64,000 nucleotides of DNA, taken from assembly GCA_963808235.1 (NCBI GenBank), contig CAWEEQ010000003.1, positions 1 through 64,000 on the forward strand, in the 5' to 3' direction. The DNA comes from an uncultured delta proteobacterium. Lineage in GTDB: Bacteria; Desulfobacterota; Binatia; Binatales; Binataceae. Position numbers and translations under genes: made by a program. The notes under the pieces are model-generated. The model searched no databases, was not told where the DNA came from, and was given only the letters and a program-made list of their open reading frames with translations. Positions 52,974 through 63,854 of this stretch are shown one piece after another (the first letter of the stretch is position 1; every line of letters starts with the position of its first letter).

Positions 52974-54101
52974 CTAGGGACAGTTGAGAGCGGCTCGGTA
53001 GCCGGCGCGTTCCGCGGCATCGCGAGTTGGAAATACGACTCGATTTTCGGGCGACATCCGGTCGTAGGATCTGCATCCCGGCCATGCGTAAATCTTGCTG
53101 CGCCGATTACCAATGATGGCGCCGGGCGCGGCTGATAAGTTGGACGCGGAAGTCATCACGCTCGCCGCCTCGTTTCCCGAATCGCCGGAACTAATTGGCT
53201 GCGGCCACATGTTGTTCAACAGGCTTGCCAACCTGAATCCTGCTTTGGCGAGCTGATGGCCGGCGACTTCGTCAGCACGATCGAGGTAGGCTGAGCTCAA
53301 CTCGAAGGTTCCGCGCGGAGAGTTGGCGCAGGTATCGACCGTAGGCTCGCACGGCTCGACCGGGATTTGCAGAGGCGTATAGATGTCGGCCCGGGCGAGT
53401 TGGACCGATTCCCACGCGATGTCGTCGGCAACGATCCACGAATCGGACTCCTTCTCGGATGCATATATTTTTTCTAACTTGCGCGCGGTCGTATCAAACC
53501 GGCCGGAATCGATGTTGCGTTCAAGGCGGCGCACGACGGTGGTGTCCCAGACGGCGTGAAGATCCGTTGCTTGCGAATGCGAATCGACCTTCACGCAATT
53601 GCCTCCCTTGTCGGCGTCATTCGCGGCATGGAGCGGTTGATGGATATCGCCGACAAAGTGGATGAGGAACGCGAGATCGCCGTCCGCACCGAAGCGGTCG
53701 AATTTCGCGTCTTTCAGGCGTTTTGAGTATTCGTCGATTTTACCGGTGACGCAGTTGCCGCGGAGGCATCGCGCCGCAACGTCAGTTCGCCGGTCCTGCA
53801 GGCAGATGTTTATGAAATGCCACGGCGCCGTCGAAGGGTCTTTGTCACGGAATTCGAAGTCCGGACGGTTCGAAGCCGTTTCCATCGCGGATGCAATTGC
53901 ACGTTGATCCGAGGACACGCCGAGGATGTTCGCGACGTGGCTTCGCGCCGCCGGGGTGAGATTGTCCGCCGCGATGAGCGCGACGATTTTGTGCCCGTCG
54001 GTTCCCCAGCACCACGCGGATTGAGGAGAGAGCAGAACAGCGAGCGCTGTGCTCGTGATGAGGATCACCGACGTCGCAATAAGTCTGTGTTGAGATTTCA
54101 A
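52974..54101 (-). CDS. Secreted S1/P1 nuclease with C-terminal Ada-metal-binding-like domain
   Basis: WGTDGH, WHFIN, HFVGDIHQPLH, LHAVWD, AGFRLA; tail GNRRSKIY..PGC...F.TR.AAE.AGYR. Confidence 0.88.
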   Translation of the reverse strand: MKSQHRLIATSVILITSTALAVLLSPQSAWCWGTDGHKIVALIAADNLTPAARSHVANILGVSSDQRAIASAMETASNRPDFEFRDKDPSTAPWHFINICLQDRRTDVAARCLRGNCVTGKIDEYSKRLKDAKFDRFGADGDLAFLIHFVGDIHQPLHAANDADKGGNCVKVDSHSQATDLHAVWDTTVVRRLERNIDSGRFDTTARKLEKIYASEKESDSWIVADDIAWESVQLARADIYTPLQIPVEPCEPTVDTCANSPRGTFELSSAYLDRADEVAGHQLAKAGFRLASLLNNMWPQPISSGDSGNEAASVMTSASNLSAAPGAIIGNRRSKIYAWPGCRSYDRMSPENRVVFPTRDAAERAGYRAALNCP

Positions 54102-54131
54102 GCACCTTCCCCCAAAACCGCGGATCGCTGT

Positions 54132-54161
54132 TCAACTGTTCAACTGGTCAACTGGTCAACT
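54132..54161 (+). repeat. Short tandem repeat (TCAACTGK)x3.75 in divergent promoter region
   Basis: TCAACTGT TCAACTGG TCAACTGG TCAACT. Confidence 0.8.
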
Positions 54162-54224
54162 CGAACGACATAATAGATAAAATAGAATCGTGCTCAGTCG
54201 ATAGAGATCGACCGATCCAACGCG

Positions 54225-55289
54225 ATGCCTGATACTCCGCCGACAAGCCCGAAGAAATCGAAGTTCGCGGTGGCAATTGCTGTCATCGCGATCGTTGCGA
54301 TTGCAGGCGCCTATGCTGGGCTCTCTTATTATTGGCTCAATCCCACTGAGCGGTTTGTGCCGGCGCGGGAAGTTACGATTGAAAAGGGGGAGTCGTTTCG
54401 GCAAATCGCGCGCGCGCTCGAAGAGGCCGGCGTGGTGCGAAGTGCGCTCGCGCTGCGCTTCTACGGGCAGATGAATGAGACCGCGCGCGAAATCAAGCCG
54501 GGTGATTATGCGTTCAAAGGCGGGGAACGGATTCCCGACGTGATGCGCCATCTGGTCAACGGCGATTTTATCGTGGTCACGATCACGATTCCCGAAGGCC
54601 TGACGGTGCATCAGATTGCTGAGCGGGTGAACGAATCGGGGCTCGCTTGCCAGGGTGAGTTCGAAGATGCGGCGCGCGACGGGCCGATCGTGCGAGCGCT
54701 CGGACTGACGCCGCTCGGCGCGGAAGGATACCTGTTCCCGGCGACTTATCGATTTTCACCGCATGCGACCAGCACCGACGTGCTCGAGGCGATGCTCGCG
54801 CGCTTTTTTACGGTGCTGACGCCGGCGGTTGAGGAGCGGATGTTCGCGATGGGCCTCGACGCGCGGCGCCTGGTCACGATGGCCTCGATCGTCGAGAAGG
54901 AAGCGAAGGCGCCGAGCGAACGACCGCTGATCGCGGGGGTTTTCTACAACCGGCTGCGGCTCAACATGCCACTGCAATCGGATCCGACCGCGGAATACGA
55001 ACTTGACGGGGCCGGCGGATCGGCCGCGGCGGCCGTTCACAGCACATCGGCGTTCAATACCTATGACTTCACCGGTCTGCCGCCCGGGCCGATAGCGAAT
55101 CCCGGGCTCAAATCGATCGAGGCGGCGCTCTACCCTACGCAAACCGAGTATTTATATTTTGTCGCGCGCGAGGGCGGCACTCATGTATTTTCCAAGTCGT
55201 TCGATGAGCACAAGCGGGTGATCGCAAGCGAGCGAAAGGGAGTCACCGGCAGGACATCGGCAGATCCGAAGACCCTCGGGAAAAAATAG
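54225..55289 (+). CDS. mltG: Endolytic transglycosylase MltG
   Basis: TIPEG, EGYLFPATY, ASIVEKE, IAGVFYNRL, LQSDPT, GLPPGPIANPG, YLYFVA. Confidence 0.95.
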   Translation: MPDTPPTSPKKSKFAVAIAVIAIVAIAGAYAGLSYYWLNPTERFVPAREVTIEKGESFRQIARALEEAGVVRSALALRFYGQMNETAREIKPGDYAFKGGERIPDVMRHLVNGDFIVVTITIPEGLTVHQIAERVNESGLACQGEFEDAARDGPIVRALGLTPLGAEGYLFPATYRFSPHATSTDVLEAMLARFFTVLTPAVEERMFAMGLDARRLVTMASIVEKEAKAPSERPLIAGVFYNRLRLNMPLQSDPTAEYELDGAGGSAAAAVHSTSAFNTYDFTGLPPGPIANPGLKSIEAALYPTQTEYLYFVAREGGTHVFSKSFDEHKRVIASERKGVTGRTSADPKTLGKK

Positions 55290-55334
55290 CTTAAGAAGGC
55301 CGCGGTTAGACGGTCGCATCTGGATTGAGTACGC

Positions 55335-55340
55335 TATAAT
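55335..55340 (+). promoter_or_regulatory. Candidate sigma70 -10 box for the MoxR cluster (near-leaderless transcript)
   Basis: Perfect TATAAT 8 nt upstream of GTG 55349, no Shine-Dalgarno; no clear -35. Confidence 0.45.
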
Positions 55341-55348
55341 TTCATCCT

Positions 55349-56911
55349 GTGCCAAATCCCGTTGAGATCATCGGCAGCGCCGGCGCGCGTATCGCGCGGT
55401 TGGCGGCGATTCGCGTTTTTTTAGGCGCGGTCGGCCCGGCGTTGACCGCGATCGCACTCGGGCTGCTGCTCGGCCCGATCGGCGATCTCACGTGGACGAA
55501 ATGGGGCTACGCGTTGTCGCCCAGCAGCGCCGAGGCGCTGCTGATTGCGCTGCTTGCGGTCGGGGTGCTCGCGCTCGCCGCTGGAGCGGCGATGGCGCTT
55601 CGGACCTATCGCAGGCGGAGCGATTTTATCGGCGCTGCCGCTGAGCTGGATTATCTATTGGATAGTCAGGCGCAGATTCTCACGCTGGCGACGCTCGCGA
55701 ATCCGGCCGGTCCCGACGGTATCCGCGCGCGGCGCACGCCGCTGTTTCCGGTCTTGTGGCGGCGCGCGATCGCGTGCTTCGAGGGCTTCGACGCCAAGCG
55801 CGAATTCAAGCTCGAAGTCGGAGAACCGCTCAAGCGCTCCTCGATCTTCGCGGGCATCGTCGCGCTTGCGATGATCCTCGCGACGCTTGGGCTGGTGCGG
55901 GTGCCTTCGCCGGAAGCGCTGGAGGCGGCAAGGTTGCGGGCGATCGCGGTCAGGATTGCGCGCTCGGCGGATGCGACTGACGAATCCGACCTGGTCGCGA
56001 AGATTCGCGAAGCGGCCGACGCGCTCGATAATCCCAAGCTACCTCCCGAAGAAAAAAAGAAGCGCATCGAGGAAGCGATGCAGGAGGCGAAGAAGGCGGC
56101 CGAGAAACGCAGCAACAGTCAGTCGGGTAACGGCCAGGGAACCGGCAAGTCAAAGGCGCAGAGCGGAACCGGCAATAGCAAGGGAACCGGCCAGGGCAAA
56201 TCGGAGAGCGCAGGCACGGGCGCTGGTCAGGGTAAAGCCGGCACCGGCGAGGGCAAGAGCGAGGCTGGCAACACGCCGGGCAAAAATCCGGGCGGCAAGG
56301 GCGGCAACGGATCGGCCAAAAACAACAACGATAAGAACAACAACAATAAGAACAAGGGCGAGCCGTCGAGCGTCGATCTGCAAAACGAACTGGCCAAGGC
56401 CGAGGCACAAGTCGAAACTCCCGACGCGAAAAATCCCGGCACAGACAAGCAGCCCGGCGACGACAAGAACAAAGGCGGCGCCAACAAACCGGGTGAAGAT
56501 CAATCCAAGACGGGCGGCGACAAGTTCAATCCGAACATGCCTGGAAATATGCCGAAGCCGGGCAATGGTGATCGCAACGCGCCGGCGGCGGGCGGAAATA
56601 ACAGCAACACAGATCGCGGATCGAACCTCGGCGATACGCATCTTGGCGAGATGCCTGCGCCCACGAAGGCCCAGCGGTATCTGAAGCCGGGCGAGAAAGG
56701 CGATGCGCTCGATATAAGGGATGCGCGATATGTAATGTTCCGGATTCCGGGCGCGGCGGTTTCCGCCGGCGCCGGGAAGACGGTGCTCGACACTGATCGG
56801 CACAAGGCGACGACAGCATACGTGAACGCACCGCTCGCGCCGAGCAGCGACAATGCTCCGCCGGACGAGCGGCAACTGGTGCCGCCGCGCTATCGCGACA
56901 TGATTCACTAG
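55349..56911 (+). CDS. Membrane protein with coiled coil and long G/K/N-rich disordered region (MoxR-cluster partner)
   Basis: About three TM segments, low-complexity tail, C-terminal VPPRYRDMI. Confidence 0.75.
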   Translation: MPNPVEIIGSAGARIARLAAIRVFLGAVGPALTAIALGLLLGPIGDLTWTKWGYALSPSSAEALLIALLAVGVLALAAGAAMALRTYRRRSDFIGAAAELDYLLDSQAQILTLATLANPAGPDGIRARRTPLFPVLWRRAIACFEGFDAKREFKLEVGEPLKRSSIFAGIVALAMILATLGLVRVPSPEALEAARLRAIAVRIARSADATDESDLVAKIREAADALDNPKLPPEEKKKRIEEAMQEAKKAAEKRSNSQSGNGQGTGKSKAQSGTGNSKGTGQGKSESAGTGAGQGKAGTGEGKSEAGNTPGKNPGGKGGNGSAKNNNDKNNNNKNKGEPSSVDLQNELAKAEAQVETPDAKNPGTDKQPGDDKNKGGANKPGEDQSKTGGDKFNPNMPGNMPKPGNGDRNAPAAGGNNSNTDRGSNLGDTHLGEMPAPTKAQRYLKPGEKGDALDIRDARYVMFRIPGAAVSAGAGKTVLDTDRHKATTAYVNAPLAPSSDNAPPDERQLVPPRYRDMIH

Positions 56912-56960
56912 ACGACGAATTCGAAAAGGCAGGATTCTTTCAGAAAAGGAAGGATAACGG

Positions 56961-57980
56961 ATGGGAGCGGCTCCGCAACAAATTTCGCCCGACCAGAGGG
57001 TTGCAGATTTTCGGAAAGTATTTTCGCGCGCCGAGAGCGAAGTCGCGCGCGTGATCGTGGGGCATCAGGATGTCATCCGAAAATTGCTGACCGCGCTATT
57101 CTGCGGCGGGCATATCCTGATCGAAGGCGTTCCGGGACTCGGCAAGACCCTGATGGTCAAGGCGGCGAGCGAGACGCTGGGTTTGAGCTTCAAGCGAATC
57201 CAGTTCACGCCGGACTTGATGCCCTCGGACATAATCGGCACGCAGGTGCTGACTGAAGCCGAGGGGCATCGCGAGTTCCAGTTCAAGCAGGGGCCGATCT
57301 TCGCGCACATGGTGTTGGGCGACGAGATCAATCGCGCGACGCCGAAGACGCAATCGGCGGTGCTCGAGGCAATGGAAGAGCATCAGGTGACCGTGTTCGG
57401 CAACACCTATGTGCTCGATCCTCCGTACATCGTGCTGGCGACGCAAAATCCGATCGAGTTGGAAGGAACTTATCCGCTGCCGGAAGCGCAGATGGACAGG
57501 TTCATCTTCAAAGTCGTGATGGGATCGCCCAAGCCCGACGAACTGCGCGAGATCCTGACCCGCACGACGGGCACCGCGCAGAACCCGATTCATCCGCTGT
57601 TCGAGCCGGCTCGCGCGCCGCAGGCGATCGAGGATCTGAAGGCGCTGGTGCGCGAGGTGATGGTGGCGGAGCCGCTGGAAAGATACATCATCGGCGTGAT
57701 CGGCGGATGCACGCCGGGCGGACCGGGCGCGATTCCAGAGGTCTCGCAGTACCTGCGTTTTGGGCCGAGCCCGCGCGGCGCGCAGGCGATGATACTGTGC
57801 GCGAAAGTCAACGCGCTGCTGGCCGGACGGGTCAGCGTCAGCTACGACGATATCGACGATTCGATCGTTCCATGCCTGCGTCATCGGCTGCTGCTCAACT
57901 TCCAGGCGGAGGCGGAAAATGTTTCGTCCGAATCGATCCTCGAGCAGGTGATAAAGCGGCTGCGCAGGCCGCGCGCGTAA
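56961..57980 (+). CDS. moxR: MoxR-family AAA+ ATPase
   Basis: EGVPGLGKT, RIQFTPDLMPSDI, DEINRATPKTQSA, ATQNPIELEGTYPLPEAQMDRF. Confidence 0.95.
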   Translation: MGAAPQQISPDQRVADFRKVFSRAESEVARVIVGHQDVIRKLLTALFCGGHILIEGVPGLGKTLMVKAASETLGLSFKRIQFTPDLMPSDIIGTQVLTEAEGHREFQFKQGPIFAHMVLGDEINRATPKTQSAVLEAMEEHQVTVFGNTYVLDPPYIVLATQNPIELEGTYPLPEAQMDRFIFKVVMGSPKPDELREILTRTTGTAQNPIHPLFEPARAPQAIEDLKALVREVMVAEPLERYIIGVIGGCTPGGPGAIPEVSQYLRFGPSPRGAQAMILCAKVNALLAGRVSVSYDDIDDSIVPCLRHRLLLNFQAEAENVSSESILEQVIKRLRRPRA

Positions 57981-57983
57981 CCG

Positions 57984-58883
57984 ATGTTCGGACTGCCCGA
58001 TGAGTTCACGCCGGGATTTCTGGCCCGGCTCGAAAGGCTCAGGATAAGGACGCGCCAACGCTATGCGGGGCTTGGTCGCGGGATGCATCTGTCGCCCAAG
58101 CGCGGGTCGTCGCTGGAGTTCAACGATTTTCGCCATTACTCGCCCGGCGACGACTTTCGCTACATCGATTGGGGCCTCTACGGGCGCAGCGACAAACTCT
58201 ACATCAAGCTATTCCAGGAAGAGGAAGATCTGCTCACCTATATCTTCGTCGACGCGAGCGCGTCGATGGGCTATCCGCCGGCCGATCACAAATTCGAAGC
58301 CGCGATGGTAACCGCGCTCGCGCTTGCGTACGTCGCGCTCGCAAGCGGCGACCGGGTGATGCTGCGGGTGCTGGGCGGCGCGGGCGCGAAGGCGAATCCG
58401 TCATTCGTGACGGGACGGCATCGAATCGTCGAGCTCGCGCGGCGACTGACCGGGCTTAGACCGGCGGGGCAATTCGATTTTGCAAATTCGCTCGCGCATG
58501 AACTGCTGACGATTCGGCGCGCGGGCAAAGTATTCGTGGTGTCGGACTTCCTGATGCTGCTGAACTCGGTCACCCGCGGCCTCGGGATGTTCACCGCCGC
58601 CTCGATGGATTTGACCGCGGTGCAAATTCTCGGCGGGCGCGAGCTCGACGGCCAGGGACTCGACGGCGACGTCGAAGTGGTCGACTCGGAATCGGGCGAG
58701 CGGCTCAGAGTGTCGATCGGCGAGCGCGAGCGCACCCAGTATCGGGAGACGATGCTGCGGCTGACGCGGGAAATCAAATCGTTCTGTCTGAAGCGCGGAC
58801 TGCATTACGCGCTCTACGTCACCGATCACGACTTCGAACAGTTCTTCGTGCGCGCGGTGCGCGACCTGGGCCTCGCGCATTAG
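57984..58883 (+). CDS. DUF58 (vWA-like) protein
   Basis: GSSLEF.DFRHYSPGDDFRYIDW, VDASASM, VSDF. Confidence 0.92.
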   Translation: MFGLPDEFTPGFLARLERLRIRTRQRYAGLGRGMHLSPKRGSSLEFNDFRHYSPGDDFRYIDWGLYGRSDKLYIKLFQEEEDLLTYIFVDASASMGYPPADHKFEAAMVTALALAYVALASGDRVMLRVLGGAGAKANPSFVTGRHRIVELARRLTGLRPAGQFDFANSLAHELLTIRRAGKVFVVSDFLMLLNSVTRGLGMFTAASMDLTAVQILGGRELDGQGLDGDVEVVDSESGERLRVSIGERERTQYRETMLRLTREIKSFCLKRGLHYALYVTDHDFEQFFVRAVRDLGLAH

Positions 58884-58892
58884 AGTTTTGCG

Positions 58893-60695
58893 ATGGGACT
58901 GCTTTTTCCAGGCGCACTCGTATTCCTCGCTATCGTTCCGGCGCTGGTGCTTGCGTATTTGGCGCGGGAGCGGCCTTCGCAGGTTACGGTGTCGAGCGTG
59001 CTCGCGTTTCGCGCGCTGCGCGGTTTTCGGCGCGAGCGTTTCGGCGGATGGCCGCGCTTCGATTGGATGTTTTTTGCCGAGGCGCTGATCCTGATTCTCG
59101 CGGTGCTCGCGATGGCGGGGCCGTTTATCTGGAAAAAAACTAATCCGCTCGCAGTGGTGCTCGATAACTCGGCCGCGATGCAGGCGCTAACGCCGTCGGG
59201 CAAGACTCGTTTCGAACTTGCGCGCGAAAAGATCGACGCCGCGTTGTCGGCTGAAGACGGCGGCGAAATTTCCATTTACGTGACCGCGCCGCAGCCGCGC
59301 CGGATCGCGCCGGCATTCAACACGCTGACCGAGGCGCGGCTCGCGCTTGGGCGAATCAAGCCGACCGACGCGCCCAACGATCAGACGACGCTGGTGAATT
59401 TTCTGGGCAACCTGGCGGCTGAAGCGCGCGTCGCGAAGGTGATTTTCGCGGGGCTTAACACGCTCGCCGCGCCGGTGCCGCCGCGGATTCATCCGATAGC
59501 GGTCGGCGATCCGGTTGCCAACTTTGCGATCGGATCGTTCTCGCTGCGGCGCGAAGTCCTTGGCGCGGAAGCACTTCACGCGAACCTGACGGTCGGAAAC
59601 TTCAGCACCGAGACGCACACCCTGGAAATCGTCGTGACCGGAGACGGCAAGCAAGTCGCCCACGCAAAAGAATCTCTGGGCGCTCGCGAGACTGGATCGT
59701 TCGAGTTTCCGGCGCTGCGCCCGGCGCAGGTTTACAAAGTACAACTCGGTCCGGCCGACGCGCTCGCGCTTGACAACGTCGCCTACGCAACCGCGGGCTC
59801 GGTCAAGGCAGTCACGATTGCGTTCATCAGCCCGACTCCGGCCGACGCAAGCGGGCTCAAATCTATTCCGGGGGTCGAAGTTATCGCGCGCACTCCCGAC
59901 GCCTACCAGCCCGACGATCTGGCAAATGTCGATCTCGCAATTTTCGAGTACGCCATACCGAGGTCGATTCCGGCTGTAAACACGATGCTGGTGATGCCTC
60001 CGCCGGGGGATCGGGTCTTCGGCCTGCTCGTCACGCCGGCCGCGCAGATCCAAATCGCCGGATGGCGCCAGACCGATACGCTGACCGACTCCGTGAACTT
60101 CCGCCTGCTGACGCTGCGTGGCGGCGAATATTTCGGGACTCATCCGTGGATGAGCGAAGTGGTCAGCGGCGACGGCGGCGCGCTGATTCTGAAGGGCGAG
60201 CGCGGAGGGCATCGTTTTGTCGCGACCGGATTCAATCCGTTCCCGTATCTTGGACGGCGCAATCTGCCGATGTCGGTGCTGACGCTCAACGCAATCAGCT
60301 ACCTGGCCGGACTTGGATCGAGCGGCGCCGGTTATCGCACCGGAGAGCCGTGGCTGGTGCCGGCGGGCGTGAATAGCGTGGTGCTGCCATCGGGGAAAAA
60401 AATCGCAACGCAACCGGGCACGCTGTTCTCCGAAGTTTCGGAGCAGGGAGTCTATGAACTAATTGGTCCCGGCGGAGCGAAGACGCCGCGTGCAGTCAAC
60501 CTCGCAGATTTGACCGAGTCGGATCTTTCCAACTCGCCGTCGCTCAAGGTCGAAGCAGTAGGCGCCGGCGCCGGGGCCGAGCCGGTGATGGAGAAATCTT
60601 CGCTGAGCGATTATGTGCTCGCCGCGATAATCGCGCTGACGGCTCTGGAAGCGCTCATCGTGTATCGGCGGCGTCGCCGCTTTGCGGAGGCATGA
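58893..60695 (+). CDS. BatA-domain/vWA membrane protein
   Basis: BatA-like N-terminal TM pair, VVLDNSAAM MIDAS-like motif, C-terminal TM + RRRRR. Confidence 0.8.
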   Translation: MGLLFPGALVFLAIVPALVLAYLARERPSQVTVSSVLAFRALRGFRRERFGGWPRFDWMFFAEALILILAVLAMAGPFIWKKTNPLAVVLDNSAAMQALTPSGKTRFELAREKIDAALSAEDGGEISIYVTAPQPRRIAPAFNTLTEARLALGRIKPTDAPNDQTTLVNFLGNLAAEARVAKVIFAGLNTLAAPVPPRIHPIAVGDPVANFAIGSFSLRREVLGAEALHANLTVGNFSTETHTLEIVVTGDGKQVAHAKESLGARETGSFEFPALRPAQVYKVQLGPADALALDNVAYATAGSVKAVTIAFISPTPADASGLKSIPGVEVIARTPDAYQPDDLANVDLAIFEYAIPRSIPAVNTMLVMPPPGDRVFGLLVTPAAQIQIAGWRQTDTLTDSVNFRLLTLRGGEYFGTHPWMSEVVSGDGGALILKGERGGHRFVATGFNPFPYLGRRNLPMSVLTLNAISYLAGLGSSGAGYRTGEPWLVPAGVNSVVLPSGKKIATQPGTLFSEVSEQGVYELIGPGGAKTPRAVNLADLTESDLSNSPSLKVEAVGAGAGAEPVMEKSSLSDYVLAAIIALTALEALIVYRRRRRFAEA

Positions 60696-60698
60696 GCG

Positions 60699-63275
60699 AT
60701 GATTCCGCCCGGATTGCCGCACGACTTGAGCCTGGCGCATCCGCTAGCGCTCTACCTGCTCGCGATTCCCGCGCTCGTACTGCTGTGGGGAATAGTCAAC
60801 ACGCGAGAACTTCGCGGCGTGCCGGCTCCTCTAATGCGCGCGATCGTGCTTGCGCTCTTTGTGATCGCGCTGGCGAATCCGCAGCATGTGATGCACTCCG
60901 AGGGCGCGGCGCGGCCGGTGATCGTCGACGCGAGCGCGAGTATCACGCCGCAGATGCGCGCGTGGACGGTTAAGTTGCTGCGTGACGAGCTCGGCCTTCG
61001 CGGCGGCGATCCGGCCTTCATGTTCGCGACCGGCGCGATCCCGGAAACGATCGCCGCGATGGAATCCGCGTTCGATAACGGCACGGGTTGCGCCGACTGC
61101 GGAGCCGGCGCCACCAATCTCGAAGGCGCACTGTACCGTATCGCCGCCGATCCCGATGCGCATGGCGGCCCGGCGGTGCTGGTGACCGACGGATGGCAAA
61201 ACCGTGGCGACGCGGAACGCGCGATAAGCGCGATCGTCTCCGCCGAGATTCGCCTCGATATCTTCACCCCGCCGGGTGCGCGGTCTATTCCAAATGTGGC
61301 GATGACCGAGCTCACGCTGCCGCACGCGCTCGAGAAGGCCGCACCATTCGCGCTCGGGGTCACGATGGAAAATCTCAACGACGCGCCGGTGAACGGCTCA
61401 ATCACGATCGATCGCGATGGACTCGAAATCGAGCAGCGCAAAGTCACACTCGCGCGGGGCTCCCAGCGCTTCGACTTTCCGGTCCATACCGAGAGCGTCG
61501 GGCTCGCTTCGTACGGCGCCGTCTTCAAACCCTCCGATCCTGCGCAAGACGCGTACCTGGAGGACGATTCGCTCAAGGGATGGGTCGGAGTTGGCGCGCA
61601 GCGAAGAGTTTTGATCCTTACCGACAGCGCGAAGGACGCAAACTATCTCGGCACAGTCGTGCGGCGGATGGGACTCGATCCGGCGATCGTGACGGTGACC
61701 GACGAACAGTGGGACGGCAGTATTGCGGGCTACGACGCGATTCTGATCAACAACGTGCCGAGCGAGCGAATCGCGCCGGCGGCGCAGAGCGCGCTCGTGA
61801 GTTACGTCAATCGTGGCGGTTCGCTCGCGATGATTGGCGGCGATTCGAGCTTCGGACTCGGAGGTTACGCCGACAGCCCGCTCGCGCCGGTGATGCCGGT
61901 GACGATGAAACCCCCGCAGCATAAGGAACGCAAACGCGCGCTGGTCATGGTGATCGACAAGTCGGGCTCGATGGGCCGCAACGACAAACTCACCTACGCA
62001 AAAGCCGCGGCCGGAACCGTTACCAAAACGCTGAAGGACTCCGACCTGATCGGCGTGATCGGATTCGATTCGCAGCCGTTCGTCGTAATTCCGCTCCAGA
62101 CGGTGGGACAGAGCCGCCCGTATTTCGAGGAAATGATCAACCGGCTCTCGGCGCATGGACAGACCTACCTGATTCCGGCGCTGAAGGAGGCTGAACGAAC
62201 GCTCGGTGGGAGTGGCGCGCAGGTGAAGCATGTCGTGATCCTCACCGACGGCGAGACCGGCGGCACCGCCGAGATGTACTACGACCTGGTTTCGCGGATG
62301 CATCATGATTCCGGCGCGACGATTTCGACGATCGCGGTCGGGCGCGAGGCCAACGTCGATCTGCTGCAGGCGATTGCGAAGTACGGCGGCGGATCGTACT
62401 TCCAGACCGACAGCGCGCAGAACCTGCCGCAGCTATTCGTCGAAGATTTCCGCAGTCATGGCGGCGAGACCACGATGGTCGAAAATGAGTTCTCGCCGCA
62501 CAGCGCGAATCCCGATCCGATTCTGAAAGATCTTGCGAGCCGCCAGATGCCCGCGCTCAAGGGCTACGTCTCCACCGAAATAAAGCCGCGCGCCGATATG
62601 AGTATGTATGTCGACAGGAGCGGCACCGAGGAACCGGTAATCGCGAGCTGGAGATATGGCGCAGGAAAAGCGATGGCGGTTACCACCGATGCGAGCGGGC
62701 GATGGTCGGGAAAATGGGTGACCGGAAATGTTTTCCAGCCGCTTTGGGACCGCCTGCTGGCGTGGATGACGCCCGAGTCGCCGGCCGAGCCCAAGATCGA
62801 TGTTGCGCTCGGCTACAACGCAGGACGAATCAATATCAAGCTTACCGACTACAGCGCCGAACCCGCCAACACGACCCATCTGGTGACGGTGCTGGTCACT
62901 CGTCCGGATGGGAGCAAAGTCGAAACGGCGCTCACCGAAGAAGTGGCCGGCGAACTGGCGGGATCGATCGAGGCGCCCGAGGCAGGGAACTACTATTTCG
63001 AAGTTCGCTCGCCCGCGGGCAAGGATAAAAAATTTCCGCCGCTCGCGTACACGGTGAGTCCTTCGGTCACCGCGGAGTTGCCGCGCCCCGAACCCAACTA
63101 CGGCCTGCTCGAGCATCTTGCGTCGGCGACCGGCGGGCGGCTCAATCCGACGCCGGCGGAAGTTGTGACCAGCCGCGCGACGATCGAGCGCCGGGTGTCG
63201 ATGGATCCGTACCTGGTCGTTGCCGCGATGATCATCCTGATCGGCGAGGCACTGGTACGACGCCTCACCGCATGA
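60699..63275 (+). CDS. vWA-domain membrane protein with glutamine-amidotransferase-like domain
   Basis: DASAS and [13 protein letters not shown] motifs, [20 protein letters not shown]. Confidence 0.85.
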   Translation: MIPPGLPHDLSLAHPLALYLLAIPALVLLWGIVNTRELRGVPAPLMRAIVLALFVIALANPQHVMHSEGAARPVIVDASASITPQMRAWTVKLLRDELGLRGGDPAFMFATGAIPETIAAMESAFDNGTGCADCGAGATNLEGALYRIAADPDAHGGPAVLVTDGWQNRGDAERAISAIVSAEIRLDIFTPPGARSIPNVAMTELTLPHALEKAAPFALGVTMENLNDAPVNGSITIDRDGLEIEQRKVTLARGSQRFDFPVHTESVGLASYGAVFKPSDPAQDAYLEDDSLKGWVGVGAQRRVLILTDSAKDANYLGTVVRRMGLDPAIVTVTDEQWDGSIAGYDAILINNVPSERIAPAAQSALVSYVNRGGSLAMIGGDSSFGLGGYADSPLAPVMPVTMKPPQHKERKRALVMVIDKSGSMGRNDKLTYAKAAAGTVTKTLKDSDLIGVIGFDSQPFVVIPLQTVGQSRPYFEEMINRLSAHGQTYLIPALKEAERTLGGSGAQVKHVVILTDGETGGTAEMYYDLVSRMHHDSGATISTIAVGREANVDLLQAIAKYGGGSYFQTDSAQNLPQLFVEDFRSHGGETTMVENEFSPHSANPDPILKDLASRQMPALKGYVSTEIKPRADMSMYVDRSGTEEPVIASWRYGAGKAMAVTTDASGRWSGKWVTGNVFQPLWDRLLAWMTPESPAEPKIDVALGYNAGRINIKLTDYSAEPANTTHLVTVLVTRPDGSKVETALTEEVAGELAGSIEAPEAGNYYFEVRSPAGKDKKFPPLAYTVSPSVTAELPRPEPNYGLLEHLASATGGRLNPTPAEVVTSRATIERRVSMDPYLVVAAMIILIGEALVRRLTA

Positions 63276-63291
63276 GGCGCAGAGAAAATCG

Positions 63292-63846
63292 ATGAGCGTC
63301 GAGGCTAAGCATCCGGACCATCGCGTGCAGAACAAGTATCCGGCCAAGGTGCGCTTCTGCCCACTGTGCGGCGCGTCGATGGCCTCGCGGATGGTGCTGC
63401 CGGAAAACAGTTTGCGCAAAGTATGCACGCAGTGCGGCTTCGTGCTTTTTCCGGGGCCGAAGCTGGTCGCGGGATGCCTGGTGATCGACGCGGGCAGAGT
63501 TCTGCTGATTCGACGAGGGATCGCGCCTGCGCTCGGCAAATGGACTTTTCCGGGTGGCTATGTCGATTTCGGCGAGAACGCGGCGGACGCGGCGATTCGC
63601 GAGACTCGCGAGGAAGTCGGGATGCGCGTCTCGCTGGGGCCGCTGCTCGGCGTCTTCACCGACCCGCAAAGCGTCGCGCTGACGGTGGTCGTCTATCTAG
63701 CCGCGCCTGGTCCGGACGCTCCCGGTCTCTCCGACGAGGCGAGCGAGGTTCGTTACTTCGGGCCCGACGAGATTCCATGGCATGATTTGGCTTTTCCGAC
63801 GACGATCGATGCGGTCACGGCGTGGGTCGCCTCGACGCGGACCTGA
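63292..63846 (+). CDS. NUDIX hydrolase with N-terminal zinc ribbon
   Basis: FCPLCG...CTQCG; [22 protein letters not shown]. Confidence 0.92.
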   Translation: MSVEAKHPDHRVQNKYPAKVRFCPLCGASMASRMVLPENSLRKVCTQCGFVLFPGPKLVAGCLVIDAGRVLLIRRGIAPALGKWTFPGGYVDFGENAADAAIRETREEVGMRVSLGPLLGVFTDPQSVALTVVVYLAAPGPDAPGLSDEASEVRYFGPDEIPWHDLAFPTTIDAVTAWVASTRT

Positions 63847-63854
63847 TCGCGAAA

